64,000 nt of DNA from Curvularia clavata (Eukaryota), in NCBI GenBank assembly GCA_023920165.1, contig CP089274.1, forward strand, positions 3,224,001-3,288,000. Direction: 5' to 3'. Position 1 is the stretch's first letter; every line of letters begins with the position of its first letter. This document shows, piece by piece, positions 12,356 to 26,743 of this stretch. The notes beneath the pieces are model-generated. The model saw only the letters and a list, made by a program, of their open reading frames with translations. It did not search any database and was not told the origin of the DNA. The translations under genes were made by a program, and so were the position numbers.

Positions 12356-15300
12356 GTTGGAAGGATACAGGTCGAATTACAGAATTAAAAGTATTGTTCA
12401 ATGGTCGATTGGAGAATGGGAGTGAGCGGAATGTGGTAGTCGACAACGACGACACACTTAAAGACCTGGAGTCCAGAAAAGAAGGTGGGCCACAATTGGT
12501 GGTAGGAATTAGGTATCCGGGAGGAGCTGGTACTGAAAGAAAGTCTTACATGGTGCAGGCACCGTTAGCTTTTGAAGGACACATGATCGACGACCGGTCG
12601 ACAACCCCATGCTCATGCAGTGCCAATATCGACTCGCGTCATTGTTAGCGCCTCCACCTGATGCTTGTCTAGACGCCGGTGATGGCGGGAAAAGCACGCC
12701 TCGATACGGCTGGCCCCTAGTTCTCGGGCATCGGATCTGTGCCACCGGCTTCGCTTCGGGAGAGAATTCCATGGATGAAACGGGCTCAATGACCATGCAT
12801 GCCGCAACCACAATCCTATCATGACTAGCAAAATATCGACTGTGATGTATTGACCCATTTAGTTTGAAACGCGGCTGGACCTGCATGTTGTGGAGAAAAC
12901 TATTCTTGTACACCTTTGTTGCTCGGAAGCTAAATCATCGTCGGGGCCTCGAAACAATGAGTGATTCACACCTAGGCGTTCTCCACAACCAGCCTTTATT
13001 TTAAAGCCTTGGCATACGCGGTTCCTGAGCGGTTCCTGTGCATGCTGCGTGCAGCAACACTGTTTCGCGAGCTCCAGAGGCGGCGTGGTGGTTTCGGTCC
13101 AGGGCAGGCTCTCGTGCTGGGTGAAGCGCAGGGCGAAGGTGACGTCGTCCCCCTTCCACGGCTTGAGGTGCGGCACCTACTAGCAACGGTTATGCCAGTG
13201 CTGAGCGGCACCAAAGCATCGACCCTTGATGGAGCGCATTGGCAGCAGTGCCGAGGCTGTCCAAGCGACACTTACAGGGCTTGGATAAGAGCTTGTCAGA
13301 GGTTAAGAGGTCCACTTGGCAGAGCAAGCCAGGCTCTCTGCGAGGTCTGCTGTAATTTGGCGGGTACAAGTCTTTCACTGCCAAGGGCTGGATACGAATG
13401 CATAAAGCTGGTCCGCATCAGGCACAGCATGCTGCGCAGCTCCACCACATTTTTGTTGTCCCCGACACCCCTGGAGCCAGGCCCTGGCAGTTGTGAGGAG
13501 ACGCAACACGATAAACTAGCCCAGCCGTACTGGGCCGCATTTGGTCCCCTTGTCTCCCGACGATACAAAGTGGGCCAATCGTTATTATTGCCAAGCCATC
13601 CTCATCTTATACCACACTGGCATGCCTGTCTCTGGCACACAGCATAGTCAGTTGAGATTCGTCATCTATCTGCACTGCGCCAAACGAAGCTAAAATACGT
13701 ACGTATGTACTCTGTCACCGACCTTGGCACATGTCCGAGGACGTCCGTCCAAGAGCGTCTTGAGATCGAGACAGGCAGTCGTCGATTGCTTTCTTTCGCA
13801 ATATGTGGTAGACGAAGGGGTTAGAAAAATCTCGTATTGGCTTTATAACTCTGCTTGGCTAAGAGCCGTTGCACCCGGTGCATGAGAGCCTCTCCAAAAT
13901 CTCTACTCCCACTCTGCAGTCTGGTGCATGCTTCTTGACTACGGCTCTCGGGAATTTCGCCAGAAATAAAGGCCGGTCCTATTTTCAGCCATGCTTTTCC
14001 GCTGCGAGACAAGCTTTTCGCTGTATGACAGGGGCTTTCAGCCTTAGACCTCCAACTTGACTCGGGGCCCTTGGAAATTGCGATAGGCAAAGCCGTTCCA
14101 GGCCCACTCTAAAACAATCCTCGATTTTCTGCTATAGCTTTGACGGGGCGAAGAACGTTTGCGGCCAGCAATGCGACTAGCACAGCCACCACGGACAGGC
14201 GTGTAGAATTCCCTTCCGGCGGTGCTGAGTCCGTCCCTGTACCAGGCATTTCCGGACTGTCGCACAAAACAGCAAAGGCGACAACTCGAGGAACCCGATA
14301 AATCAGCGCCGTCATTCATCATTAAATCATCTCCTTTTCCCGTTCCCCACTATAATTTCGGTCCGATCCTGCTCGGCCCTGAGCCTGCTCACTCGTATCT
14401 GCTTTTCAACCGGTCGAATCTTGGGGAGTACAAGAAGAGATACGAGGTTCACAACGCATCTTGCTTACGTTAGATACCAAGATCTACCAAGTTCCTTTCC
14501 ACCGTTGTTGCAACGTGGAAATTGAGTTTTGTCGTAGTCGTATACAGTGAACATGGCAACCGCAGCCTAACGAGAATACAAAATGCAATTCTTGTCCCCT
14601 TGTCTTGCAAACATGATATGCCAGGAAAAACCTTTTTCTACACCACGACAAATTGACTGCATGATGACGCCAGATATTGAAGTGCCAGAGGCTCGTCATC
14701 AAGCGAGGCAAGCATGCACCCTCGATCATACCGAACTCTGAAACCTACGCGAATGCACATGTTGCTGCTCTCGTTAGGAACGCAAATCCTGCTATGTTGA
14801 TCAAGAGAAGCAACGGCGGACGCCCGTGCGAAACGAGAATTCGTTCAATCCAACGGCTGATCGTCACTGCATTGTTATTATACCGGTAAGCCGCAGATCT
14901 CGCCAAGACGCAGCAGCCACGAGGTGGACAACAGCATCATTACTACTCGTGATACGCTTTCGGCCTCGGTACCGGAGTCTGCAAAGAACAGCTGACCCAT
15001 GCCGTTTCAAGGCATTGAAATCTTCAGCTTGCACTACCGACTTGGTGTTTCACTTAATTTCCTCGTTCGTATACCTACTATTGGAGCTGCGTCAGACGCA
15101 TGTGTATCTCTCGCTATACTTGGTTAAGCTCTACACGACGATCTCATGTCAAACCAGAAACGCGACTCCCCATTCTCCACCAACTCGGTTCGGTGTGACA
15201 TCAGCGGGGAAGCGAAACGCGGATGTGTCATTTAAACTTTTCACAACTCCGAATAAAGTTTGAAATCAAACACAAGAGTTTTTCCACCCAACATTGATGT

Positions 15301-15504
15301 CAAGACGAGAAAATGGAGAGGGAGAGAGCTAGGCAGAGAAACACGAATAAGGCAATCCACAAATTTACATTTCCGCATCACGTTCAACCTCAGATAGATG
15401 AGGTTTTCCCCGGCATGAGAAATCAGATCGAAAAAAAACTCTACGCTTACGCAAAGCCGTACATGCTACTCTCCTAAGTCACATCCTAGAGGCCAACGAA
15501 TCTT

Positions 15505-17277
15505 TCACCTCCCCGTGACAACGGAGTTTCGCCCTGCAAACGCATTGTTCACTGCAACCGCAAACGCGGCAATATCCGTATTCGTACTCAATCCGCTCTT
15601 GACCTTATCAAACGGGAAAACAACACTCTTATCCCGCACACCCAGACTATCTACAAAAAGTACGTTGGGAAAAGACTGCGGCGTAAATGCGTTCCAGGCA
15701 TCGCTGATGAGGCTGTCGAAGGCTGAGACGGCCATGTTCCTAGCATCGTATTAGGAGAAGGTAAAATATATAGAGTAAAAATATAGGGCAGCAATGAGTA
15801 AGTTTCAAAAGGGGAAAGGGGAAGGATGGCAATAAGAATGAAAGACGTACATAATCGCCTTATCGAAAACAAGGACATCTTCCGGTTGCTGCGTCAATGT
15901 CCAAGAAAAGATGTGAAATACATCTTTTCGTTCTCGCGCATCGGCAACAATATTCCGTTGTTGCTTCAGCTTGGCTAATTGGTCGTTCTTCATCGTCTCA
16001 AGATTGTTGCTGTTGCTGTATTGGTCGTAAAAGGGAAAGTTTCGACCGCTGTAAAAGCCCTGATTGGCAAAAGCGCCGAGTTGCATGTTCGATGGCAGTT
16101 GAGCGACGATGAAGACGGCAGCGCGGTCAGTGATGAAGTCTGCAAGGCGGTAGTTTGAGAAATCAGTGTTGCCCGGGTTGCTGACGATGTGGCGGCTGTT
16201 GATTCCTTTGAGCGTGGTGAAGAGATCGTCCCATTGGGTTTGCGTGAGATCTTGATAGCTGTTGTCCGTGTCTAGTGTATGACTGATATTTATAATGACG
16301 AGCTCTTGGTATTTGGCGGTGAAGTCGTTGATTTGCTGCATGATGTCTTTGAGAGACTGGCCGTTGCCGCCGAGCCAGATTTCGCCTACTGCGCTGTAGT
16401 GACCAGCTACCCACTGGCCTCGGGAAAGCACAGGACGGAGGTCAAAATAACGCGATCCTGCCATGAGTTGCTGGTAAAAGTCAAGGTATTGCGTTTGCGT
16501 ATTGGCGAAATGTGCTCCAATAGTGCCAGGGTAGAAGACACCCATACCTGCGTCATGGCTGCCAGGCATACAGATGTGTTTGAGTGTCCGATTTGCTAGT
16601 GATCCCATACTTTGTTGCATCCAGTTGGCGTATGATCCACTGTTTGACCAGAAGTTTCCAGCCTCATCAGTAGACATGATCCAGTTTACGGCCTCGTTAT
16701 GTCGGAATCCTAGTTTATTCTTGGATCCTTTCGGGCTTTGCTGTGTTGACATGTCATCAAGCGATATTGTAAGCTCATAGTTGGATGGCTTCCGTGCCAG
16801 CACCGAGAATTTGTTTGATGTTCCGTCGATATTGTAGTACGCTTCTCCCGCGTCATCTTGAGTGTGTCCCCTTGTGCTAAACTCGACATGAATTCTCCCA
16901 GCGGTTCCTGTCTTTTGGTTCAGTTACTGCAACTCTCAAGTTGAGGATGGTTTCATACCTGATCTCACGGTTGGCCATTGCCATGTGTCCATTTGGTACG
17001 AATGCTGGCCACTCAACGTCCAGTCGAATGGCGAACCATTTACCAACGTCAAATCCCCACCTATTCATATCAGGTCAGCCTTGTCTAATCTTCTATCAAT
17101 CTAACCACTTATTCTCAACCTACCCCAACTCATGATAGATAGCTCTTCCGAGTCCTCTGCACTTGGAGTTCCGTTGTAGTATACTCGTAATCGTTGCTGG
17201 TTTACGCGCCCTTCATGAGCTGCATAGCCAGCTGGGGTCTGAGATCCTGCTCTTTGGGCGGCACCATACTGGGCCAT
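15505..17277 (-). CDS. PI-PLC X-domain / PLC-like phosphodiesterase; 3 introns; start uncertain (17277 or ~17133)
   Basis: MPGSHDAG, QQLMAGSRYFDLRP, HY motifs; spliced exons GGDLTLVNGSPFDW..., GTAGRIHVEF..., last exon NMAVSAF...PNVLFVD...VTGR*. Confidence 0.8.
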
Positions 17278-18065
17278 CGATATACTTAATCCCCATCCTC
17301 CCCAGAAGCTATAATGTCGGCGCATAATGGAGCGATACCCCTTGGCTGAGTGCTTCGTTTTTGATATGCTCCACTGGACCGGCCCTCGCCGTCATTCCCG
17401 CCCACGCGCTGCTGTCAGCCACTCAATCGATGCTTGCGCTTAGAGATACAGGGCGCATCTGAATGAAACCCAGCGCCAGTTACCCGCTGCAGGCGAGGGC
17501 GTGCTTCATCGAACGGGCGAGAGATAGATAGGGTCCAATGTCACTTTCCTGATAGGGCAGGGTAGTGTTTCAGCTGGAAATCCCATGGCCAATTCCAGTC
17601 TCGAGGGCATCCAGGTGCTAACATATAGAGCTCGCTTCTCGGCGTGATAGGCGGTATGAAACTTGGCGTGGTTGTCAAGGACTCAGGTCGCGCGATTTCA
17701 TTGGCTGCATGTTCCCACCCGTCGCCTCAAGCCACGAGGGCGAGCTTCGGATGGGCTTCCAGGGGGCATTGCGCCATCTCACCGCACTTGAGCTGGGCCA
17801 GGAAGACGACAAAGCAATAAGGCCGGGCAACTTACAGCGTGTACGTGACAAGAAAACAATGGTCAGGTGCGTACTGTCGATCACTACAAAAGCACCTACA
17901 TGCTGCATAGCACGGCGCTAGAAACAAGAATGATCAACAGGTGCGGAACATGACTGCATACAGCCCTGCATGCTGCGCACGTTGCAATTTTATTCGCAGT
18001 AGAAGCACTTTTCCATGCTAGTAATCTATATCATGCCCTTGGGCGCATACTCCTATGATGACCGC

Positions 18066-19421
18066 TCACCTGTCAACCGTGACCATCCAGCCATCTTCCA
18101 GCACTTTCCCGTTCACATCAACGCCACCCCACACCACACAGGTAGCTCCATCGACCTCAGTACCTTTGGAGACACCAAAGTAACCTCGTGCACCTAGTCC
18201 TCTCTTCGGCTTTCCTGGTATCTCCCGCTCCTCCTCTCCCCTTGTATCGACGTATTGGTAAATCGCCTCAGCCCATTGCGACTCATGTGTATCCCTCTTC
18301 AAATGTGCGCGAATACTGTCTTTGGCTGCAGCCGCTGTGGACTTCTCGGGTGCCAGCTGCAGAGCCCAGATGTCATCAAGGTACTCTTCGCTCTCTGTCA
18401 AACCACCAATAGCCAACAGGTAGTATCGTCCCTGGCCTGTGGTGAGTCCTACAAGTCCTGCATATGAACGCGCCTGCGGTGCCACCGGGCCGCTGCCTCC
18501 TTTGTCCACGTGCTTCACCTCCTCCCAGCCCCAACCACTGGTTACTGGAGTAGTCCCACGCTCTGCATGTGTCCACACGTGGGAGGCGTCAACATACTCT
18601 GTTGCGCCAGAAGTGAATGTTTCGACACCTTTTCCACCAAAGCGATACAAGCGGTTCCCAACCAGAGCTAAGCTCGCGCCTTCTCGTGGATGGCCCGGTG
18701 GCGATGGGATGTTGGTCCAGGTTCGCGTCTTGACGTCAAATGCGAGTGCGTCGCTCAAAAGTTCGCTGGTTGCTGTGTCACGACCACCAACGACAAAAAT
18801 CGTGCCGTATGTGTTCGACTCGGGTGGCTCTGGTACGTGCGCCGCAGGGTCGGCGGGGGCTTGTGGTGCCTTCTCAACATAGGTAGTTGTTTTGGGTCCT
18901 GGAAGTTCTGAGCTCGCCGAGGCGTGGCCCGATCGATGTCTAGGGTAGAGGCTGCCAGCCGCTGGATCGAGATAGGACCAAGTGTTTGATACCGTGTTAT
19001 ACACCCAAACCCTTCCTTTTTCATCCGCTACTCCTTCTCCTTCGCCGCCAAATATGTATATATTGTTGTCGATCACCGTGGCCGTGTGTGCTTTTCTTGG
19101 GCTCGGTACATCGTCCAGGCCATTTGCTGCGCGCGCAGGGTATTTGGTGTAGTCGGCATCAAGCACACCGCTCGAGGGAAGGATAACAACGTGCATGTCA
19201 TTGTCTGCAAGCTCGCCAGACTCGGTTTCTCCACCAAAGATGTAAGCTCGACCCTTGACTACGGCGACTGTGTGATGCGATCGCGGGAGCGGGACAGAAG
19301 CAATCCGTGTGATGTTCACCTTGAGCGGTAATGTTGGGTGTTTGATGCCTTTGACGAGAGCGGCGGCACTTCCGAGCAGGTTCTCAGCTGCATATAGCAC
19401 CCCGGCTGCTCCGGCTTCCAT
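18066..19421 (-). CDS. Kelch-repeat beta-propeller protein
   Basis: Repeated PR.xH...YIFGG...W kelch motifs (PRSHHT..AYIFGG, PRKAHT..IYIFGG, PREGA..LYRFGG). Confidence 0.85.
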   Translation of the reverse strand: MEAGAAGVLYAAENLLGSAAALVKGIKHPTLPLKVNITRIASVPLPRSHHTVAVVKGRAYIFGGETESGELADNDMHVVILPSSGVLDADYTKYPARAANGLDDVPSPRKAHTATVIDNNIYIFGGEGEGVADEKGRVWVYNTVSNTWSYLDPAAGSLYPRHRSGHASASSELPGPKTTTYVEKAPQAPADPAAHVPEPPESNTYGTIFVVGGRDTATSELLSDALAFDVKTRTWTNIPSPPGHPREGASLALVGNRLYRFGGKGVETFTSGATEYVDASHVWTHAERGTTPVTSGWGWEEVKHVDKGGSGPVAPQARSYAGLVGLTTGQGRYYLLAIGGLTESEEYLDDIWALQLAPEKSTAAAAKDSIRAHLKRDTHESQWAEAIYQYVDTRGEEEREIPGKPKRGLGARGYFGVSKGTEVDGATCVVWGGVDVNGKVLEDGWMVTVDR

Positions 19422-20013
19422 TGTAGTGGATAAGTAGCTTGAGGTCGTTTAGGAAGATAAGGTAGTTTTGTGAAAAGGGATGAAGAGTCCTGAGCGATTT
19501 TTTTGGCTTTCACAGGGCAACGGAAAACAGAGAACGCAGAAGTGGGGTGTTGACAACGTAGTGTTGCACAGCTGCGAACACGAACAGGAGCTTACCCCAG
19601 GAATGACGTCACATTCGACCCTAGTCACCCATACTATTCACGGCCAGGGATTCTATCCGATACGCTATCACGTGAAAGGGCTGTAGGTTCAGCATCTGTA
19701 TCTTGCCTGTACTCATGTGAATGCTGGACAAGGTTTCTCAACAGAAAGCACTGTCAAGTCCTTGCAACATCGGGTCAAGCTGTGTCACAACGAGGGTCGG
19801 TTCAACAAGACCTCTCAGCATTGTCCTTAAGGAGGGCGGTAATATTAAGCTTTTATCGAGTTTCTCAGATGCATCACCGATTGATAATACTCGAAAAACG
19901 AGCGAGTCACGTTACCGAAGCCTAGGCTGTTCTCGGACAGGAATGATGAGGTGGTTTTGAGAGGCGAGTTATTGTGATGAATTAGTGGCAGAGCGCCATT
20001 GCCTGCTGTCTGC

Positions 20014-22238
20014 TTATATGTTCGGTGATAGTGTGTCAGACTTAACGCATCGTTCCACCTGGGCACAAATTAGCTGTGTATGTCGATGAGCCCTCAACAC
20101 ACTTACCGTGTCGATCGAAGCTTGCAAGAAACTCCGCGCTTCGAGACCAACCCAGACCTTGAGCATGGAAAAGTCACCTCCACGGATCATGGACGAGCCG
20201 CTCTGTGCACCCAGCTGCCGTAGAATTGGGAGTGCTCTGTGCCTAGTCAGTATGCAATCCAAGGGTGCCAGTGACATCACTTACCCTGCAAACAGGTCCA
20301 GATTTGGGTTCAAGCTTCTTCCAATACCTTCCAAGAGTAGTATGCTGAGCACAACATTCACAAAGTCGCCCTCTAAGCGAACGTGATGCGTTCGCACCAT
20401 CGATAGGACTTCGTTTAAGATGTCTCCGATCTTGATGTTACCGAGAGCGAAAGTACGGCTCTTGACCCCCAAGACCAAATGCTGCATACGCAAAGCAAAC
20501 ACCTCGCGGTCCAGAACGGCCTGCGGTTGTCTACATCTCTCAACCATTAAGTGGCCTGCTTTGTAGCCGTCAAACTCTGCAACAGCCTTGAAGAGGTCAA
20601 GGAAATTGGTGCGATTCTTTGCGTTTAGCTCCGTCACTAAGCCGGTGTCAATAAAAATGAGCTGAGGTCGATAGCCTTCCTTGTCGATCTCTTGCAATTT
20701 CGCTTGCCATTGTGGAGGGTTCTTCTTGTGTGGTCTTAAACGCTCTAGCACTTCCTCCGTGACGTCGAGGGACTCCTTGGGACCTGTTTTTCGGTCTTCT
20801 TTTCTAGCGAAGAACGGAACGTCTAGTTGCTCGGGTTTATAAAATCGAACCATTATGTTTCCCGGGTGCAAGTCTGCGTGTATAAAGTTGTCGATAAGAA
20901 CCATGGTAAGGAATGCATCCAGTCCTTCATCTGCGATATCCTTTTGGAAGACGCCGCCTCCATTCTGCAGAAAATCTTCTAGAGGGATTCCTTGGGCGAA
21001 TTCTTCAATGAGTACATTGCGTGTCGTATAATCCGTGTAAGGATAAGGGAACCAAGCTGTCGTTCGGTCCTTGAAGTTCTTTCGGAAAAGTGTAAGGTTC
21101 GCAGCTTCAATACGCAGGTCCAGTTGCAGCCGCATCATTTCGCCGAACTGTGCTACTTCATCTGGGAATGAGAACCACTCCATGGTGGGTATGGCATTTA
21201 TGATAGCCGCAAAGAACCCCATGATTCGCAAGTCTCGTCGCACTATCTTCTCGATTCTCGGGTGTAGAACCTTGATTGCGACATGGTCCGATGGCACTCT
21301 TGACGGTGTACTCTTCAGCGTTACATCAACATTCTTCTTGATCCTGCGCGCCAAGTTGTGCTCTTCGTGCTCGCTTATGTTATCCTTTAATGTTGCAAGA
21401 TGAGGCTTCAATCTCGCCTTGTAAACCTGGGCGATCGCACCCACGCCTAGTGGCTTCTCGTCGAACTCTTCGAAGATGTCCTCGAAGCGTTGTCCGCCAA
21501 AGGCCTCCTCGATTGTGCGTTTTGTAACTTCCAAGGAATGCGCGGGGGCGTTGGAGTGGAGTGTTGACATGATAAGACACATTTCGGTTGGGAAAACGTC
21601 GGTTCGCGAAGCTGCCCATTGTCCAAGCTACCAGAGAGGCAATCTTTAGTATGTGCTGAGCGCTCTAAATCACGGTAACTTACTTTGATGAAGGCTGCCC
21701 CTGCCTTCTCCATAGATCCTACCAAGAAGCCATACCACCATAAGGTCCCAGTTCTTTCGTTGTCTCTATCAGGCTGCCGCGAGCCAAGCCATACTGCAGG
21801 TATGGTCACAATGACCGGAACGAAGATGATGACCAGATGCAGGAAACGGAGACCGGTAGCGATGGGTTCGATTATGTAGTCCTCGATAAAGAAGTATATG
21901 CCTCGCCTATACTTTGCAGAGTTCCTCAGCGCATGCGGTACTTGCTCGTCTAACTCCTTCCTTGACGCCTCGAGCATTGCTTCTTCGTGCGTCTGTTCTC
22001 CATTGCTGACTTTGTCATTGGCCACCTCTACGAATGAAACAGAGCTTAGCAGTGTGCCTCCTGCAGCAGCCCCGGTCGCTGCACCCGACCATAATATTGT
22101 TTTACCCTTGAACTTTGGCGTAGCAAATCTGCTGCGGATAGATGCGGCGTTTACATATGGGCGATTCAATGAGCGAGCCGTGAGTCGCGGGAGACCCTGG
22201 CGGAAACACTGGTGCCTCCAAAGGAACGCTGTCCTCAT
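20014..22238 (-). CDS. Mitochondrial ABC1/UbiB (ADCK2/Cqd1-like) atypical kinase; 3 introns
   Basis: AGAAFIK/LGQWAASRTD, GVGAIAQVY, VAIKVLHP, DLRIEA, FIHADLHPGN, IDTG motifs; mitochondrial-type N-terminus from ATG 22238. Confidence 0.88.
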
Positions 22239-22611
22239 GGTACCGGGCGTGGTGCAAATGAGGCGCGTATGGGTTCCATGAGATATGCGCCGGTGCTGGT
22301 TCACCTGCAAAGCCGCAGGTCGTGACGTCGCGTCGGCGTAAATCCCACGCGACACCGATCCTTGTTCCGATGCTAGTACAGACAAGTGCTAGACGGATGG
22401 GACGCCTCGGTACATCCTTCATTACTCGTTAGCATCATCATTGCACCCGCGACAGATAGACCTAAACGCTGCCAACTTACTGATTCCGTGGCTTGTCGGT
22501 CCGAACCGCACCGAACTCTGGAAGCGAGATACAACATCCAGCATTGGAGTCTAGTGAAGCTAAAGAAGATACATGCGTGAACGGAGATATACAATGCTAT
22601 GTTGATAACTA

Positions 22612-24401
22612 AGCTCGGACATATACTTTCCGCGCACATAGGGTTCCCGCGCACCCCACCACAACGCGTTGCTTCACTTGCAACGCTTGTAACATCAACC
22701 CCACGAGACTAAAATGGATCCCAAAGAGCTTGCTATACAGAATGCTATCGCAGATCTTAATTCAGGTATTTTTACAAGCCGGCGTAAGGCTGCTAAGTAG
22801 TACGGCATCTCTAAATCTACAATACGCGGTCGGCAGCAAGGTCAACAACCACACGCAACAGCTCATCAACAACAACAGCGATTAACGCCAGAACAAGAGA
22901 CCTTTCTAGTAGATTGGATACTTGATGAGGACTCACGCGCACAACCCCCGTCCCATCTACGCGTACGAGAAATGGCCACTCGAATTCTGCATATAAATAG
23001 TAACTACGAGCCACTTAGACAGCTTTAGATACCCCATTTCATTACACGTAACCCACGCGTCGCATCAATAGTCGGCCAAAAGATCGAGAGCGCGCATACT
23101 ACTAGTGCCAACTATAAGACTGTTAAAGCCTTTCTTAAGCTATTTAAACGTACGCGTATAGAGCTAGGCATACAGTACGAAGATATATAGAATATAGACG
23201 AGACTAGAGTCGCGCTAGAGGTATATACGAACGCTAGAGTGCTTGCAAGCTCTTCAAAAAAGAAAGCTTACATCAAGTCTCCAGAGGATCGCGAGTGGGT
23301 GTCAATTATTAAGACCATCTCCGCCACAGGCGCCAAGCTCCAGTGTCTAGTTGTCTTTAAGGGCAAGCATCTTCAGACTACGTAGTTTCCAGCTACGAGT
23401 ACACCAGATTGGCTATACACTACGTCAGAGAATAGATAGACGTCGAATTTGATTAGATCTGAGTGGCTACAGCGGATTTTTATACCAAATACTGCGCCTA
23501 CAAGTAGTGGATATCAACTACTCCTTCTTAACGGCCATAGCTCCCACACGCCTATCGACTTCATATAGCTTTGTAAGATAAATAGGATCCAGCTACTATA
23601 TCTTCCTACGCATGCCTCTCACTTGCTGCAGCCGCTAGACTTAGCTCCCTTCTCTATACTCAAGTCTCGCTATCGTAATCAGATTCAAGCTCTCTCAGCG
23701 CTTGACGACGCAGCTCCAGTAAAAAAAGAGCGCTTTGTTGTATCATACAATAAAGCTAGAGCAGAAGGACTATCAGAGCGTGTTATTAGAGCTAGCTAGA
23801 GGGCTGCTAGGCTCTGTCCATACAACCCAGACATTGTGCTACTCTCGTCTCAAATAACTGGCCGACCAGTTACTCCGCCAGCCGCCCGTCAGGCCCAAGA
23901 ACTACCAGAACAAGTCTTTAATACACCTCGGAGCTCACAGGCTCTACATAAGACCCAACAGCAGCTACTGCTGTCAGAATCTCTCTCACGAAGCACCCGG
24001 CTGGTGCTTAGCAAAGCAGGTAAGGCTATTGCGGAGGCAAATACTAGAGCTGCCCAACTTAAAGCTCAAAATCAACAGCTTAGATATCAACTAGATAGCT
24101 ATAAAATTACTCGCGTAAGAAAACGAGTTCAAGTTAACCCAAATGAACGCTTTAGTAACGTTAAGAGTATTAAGGCTGCTATTGACCGAGCAGCAGCTCT
24201 ACAGGCACAACGGGCAACTATTTCAACTGAAAAAGCAGCTGAAAAAGCGGCAGCAGAAGCGGCAGCGCTTACTCTTAGCTCTATATATAATAAGTGGCAA
24301 ATATAATTGTTGTTGTTGAGAAAATCGCGACTGTATCCAGTATAGCTGCTTTGTATGGGTGCGCGGGAACCCTATGTGCGCGGAAAGTATATGTCCGAGC
24401 T
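22612..24401 (+). mobile_element. Fot1/pogo-type (Tc1-mariner superfamily) DNA transposon, 1790 bp, RIP-mutated
   Basis: Perfect 45-bp TIRs (22612-22656 and 24357-24401, AGCTCGGACATATACTTTCCGCGCACATAGGGTTCCCGCGCACCC), TA duplication at 22610-11 and 24402-03, internal transposase relic. Confidence 0.95.
22714..24306 (+). pseudogene. Fot1-like DDE transposase pseudogene (single frame, at least 7 in-frame TAG stops)
   Basis: HTH N-terminus (MDPKELAIQNAIADL..., QQRLTPEQE), degenerate NIDET (NMDETG), LLLNGHSSH (LLLDGHGSH), intact LQPLD; stops at 22798, 23026, 23188, 23383, 23437, 23566, 23797. Confidence 0.92.
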
Positions 24402-24858
24402 TATAAAATGTAGCAATGATATAATCAGCCCCTGGAAATTATTCTAGGGTGAAATTGAATGCGACATATTGTCGTGGTTGAGTTGCACAGCTGTAAGTTA
24501 CTGGTCAGCGGTTAGTTTTATTTTTCTGGAGGGTGTTTGCTGACATGTGATAGCAATTGTCTATCACTACTACTGAGAGAAATATGATGATCCAGCTAAA
24601 TTCTGGTGCGGAGTGGCTGCCCTCACCAATCATTGGCGCGATACAATAACTTTTACGTGTCAGCCCGTACGATATCTTTCGATCCCTGAAAGCACCTCTG
24701 AGCTATTCCACATCCAGAATATGCTGTGTATCACCGCAAGCTCCCACTTTTCCCGTCTGTGGCAAACAAATATGAGTGCACTTTACATCAATGATTTTCG
24801 AGGCAAAATTCTCTCTGTCAGGAAATATAGATTCATTATTGATCCTACAGTACATGCA

Positions 24859-26743
<1,885 letters not shown>

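Noticed and set aside
12400..15450. Long intergenic region with several ORFs (e.g. 13009-13647)
   Set aside because: Random-looking translations; no repeats, TIRs or ncRNA motifs found by eye
23836..24306. 156-aa ORF as a standalone gene
   Set aside because: It is the in-frame C-terminal remnant of the RIP-mutated transposase
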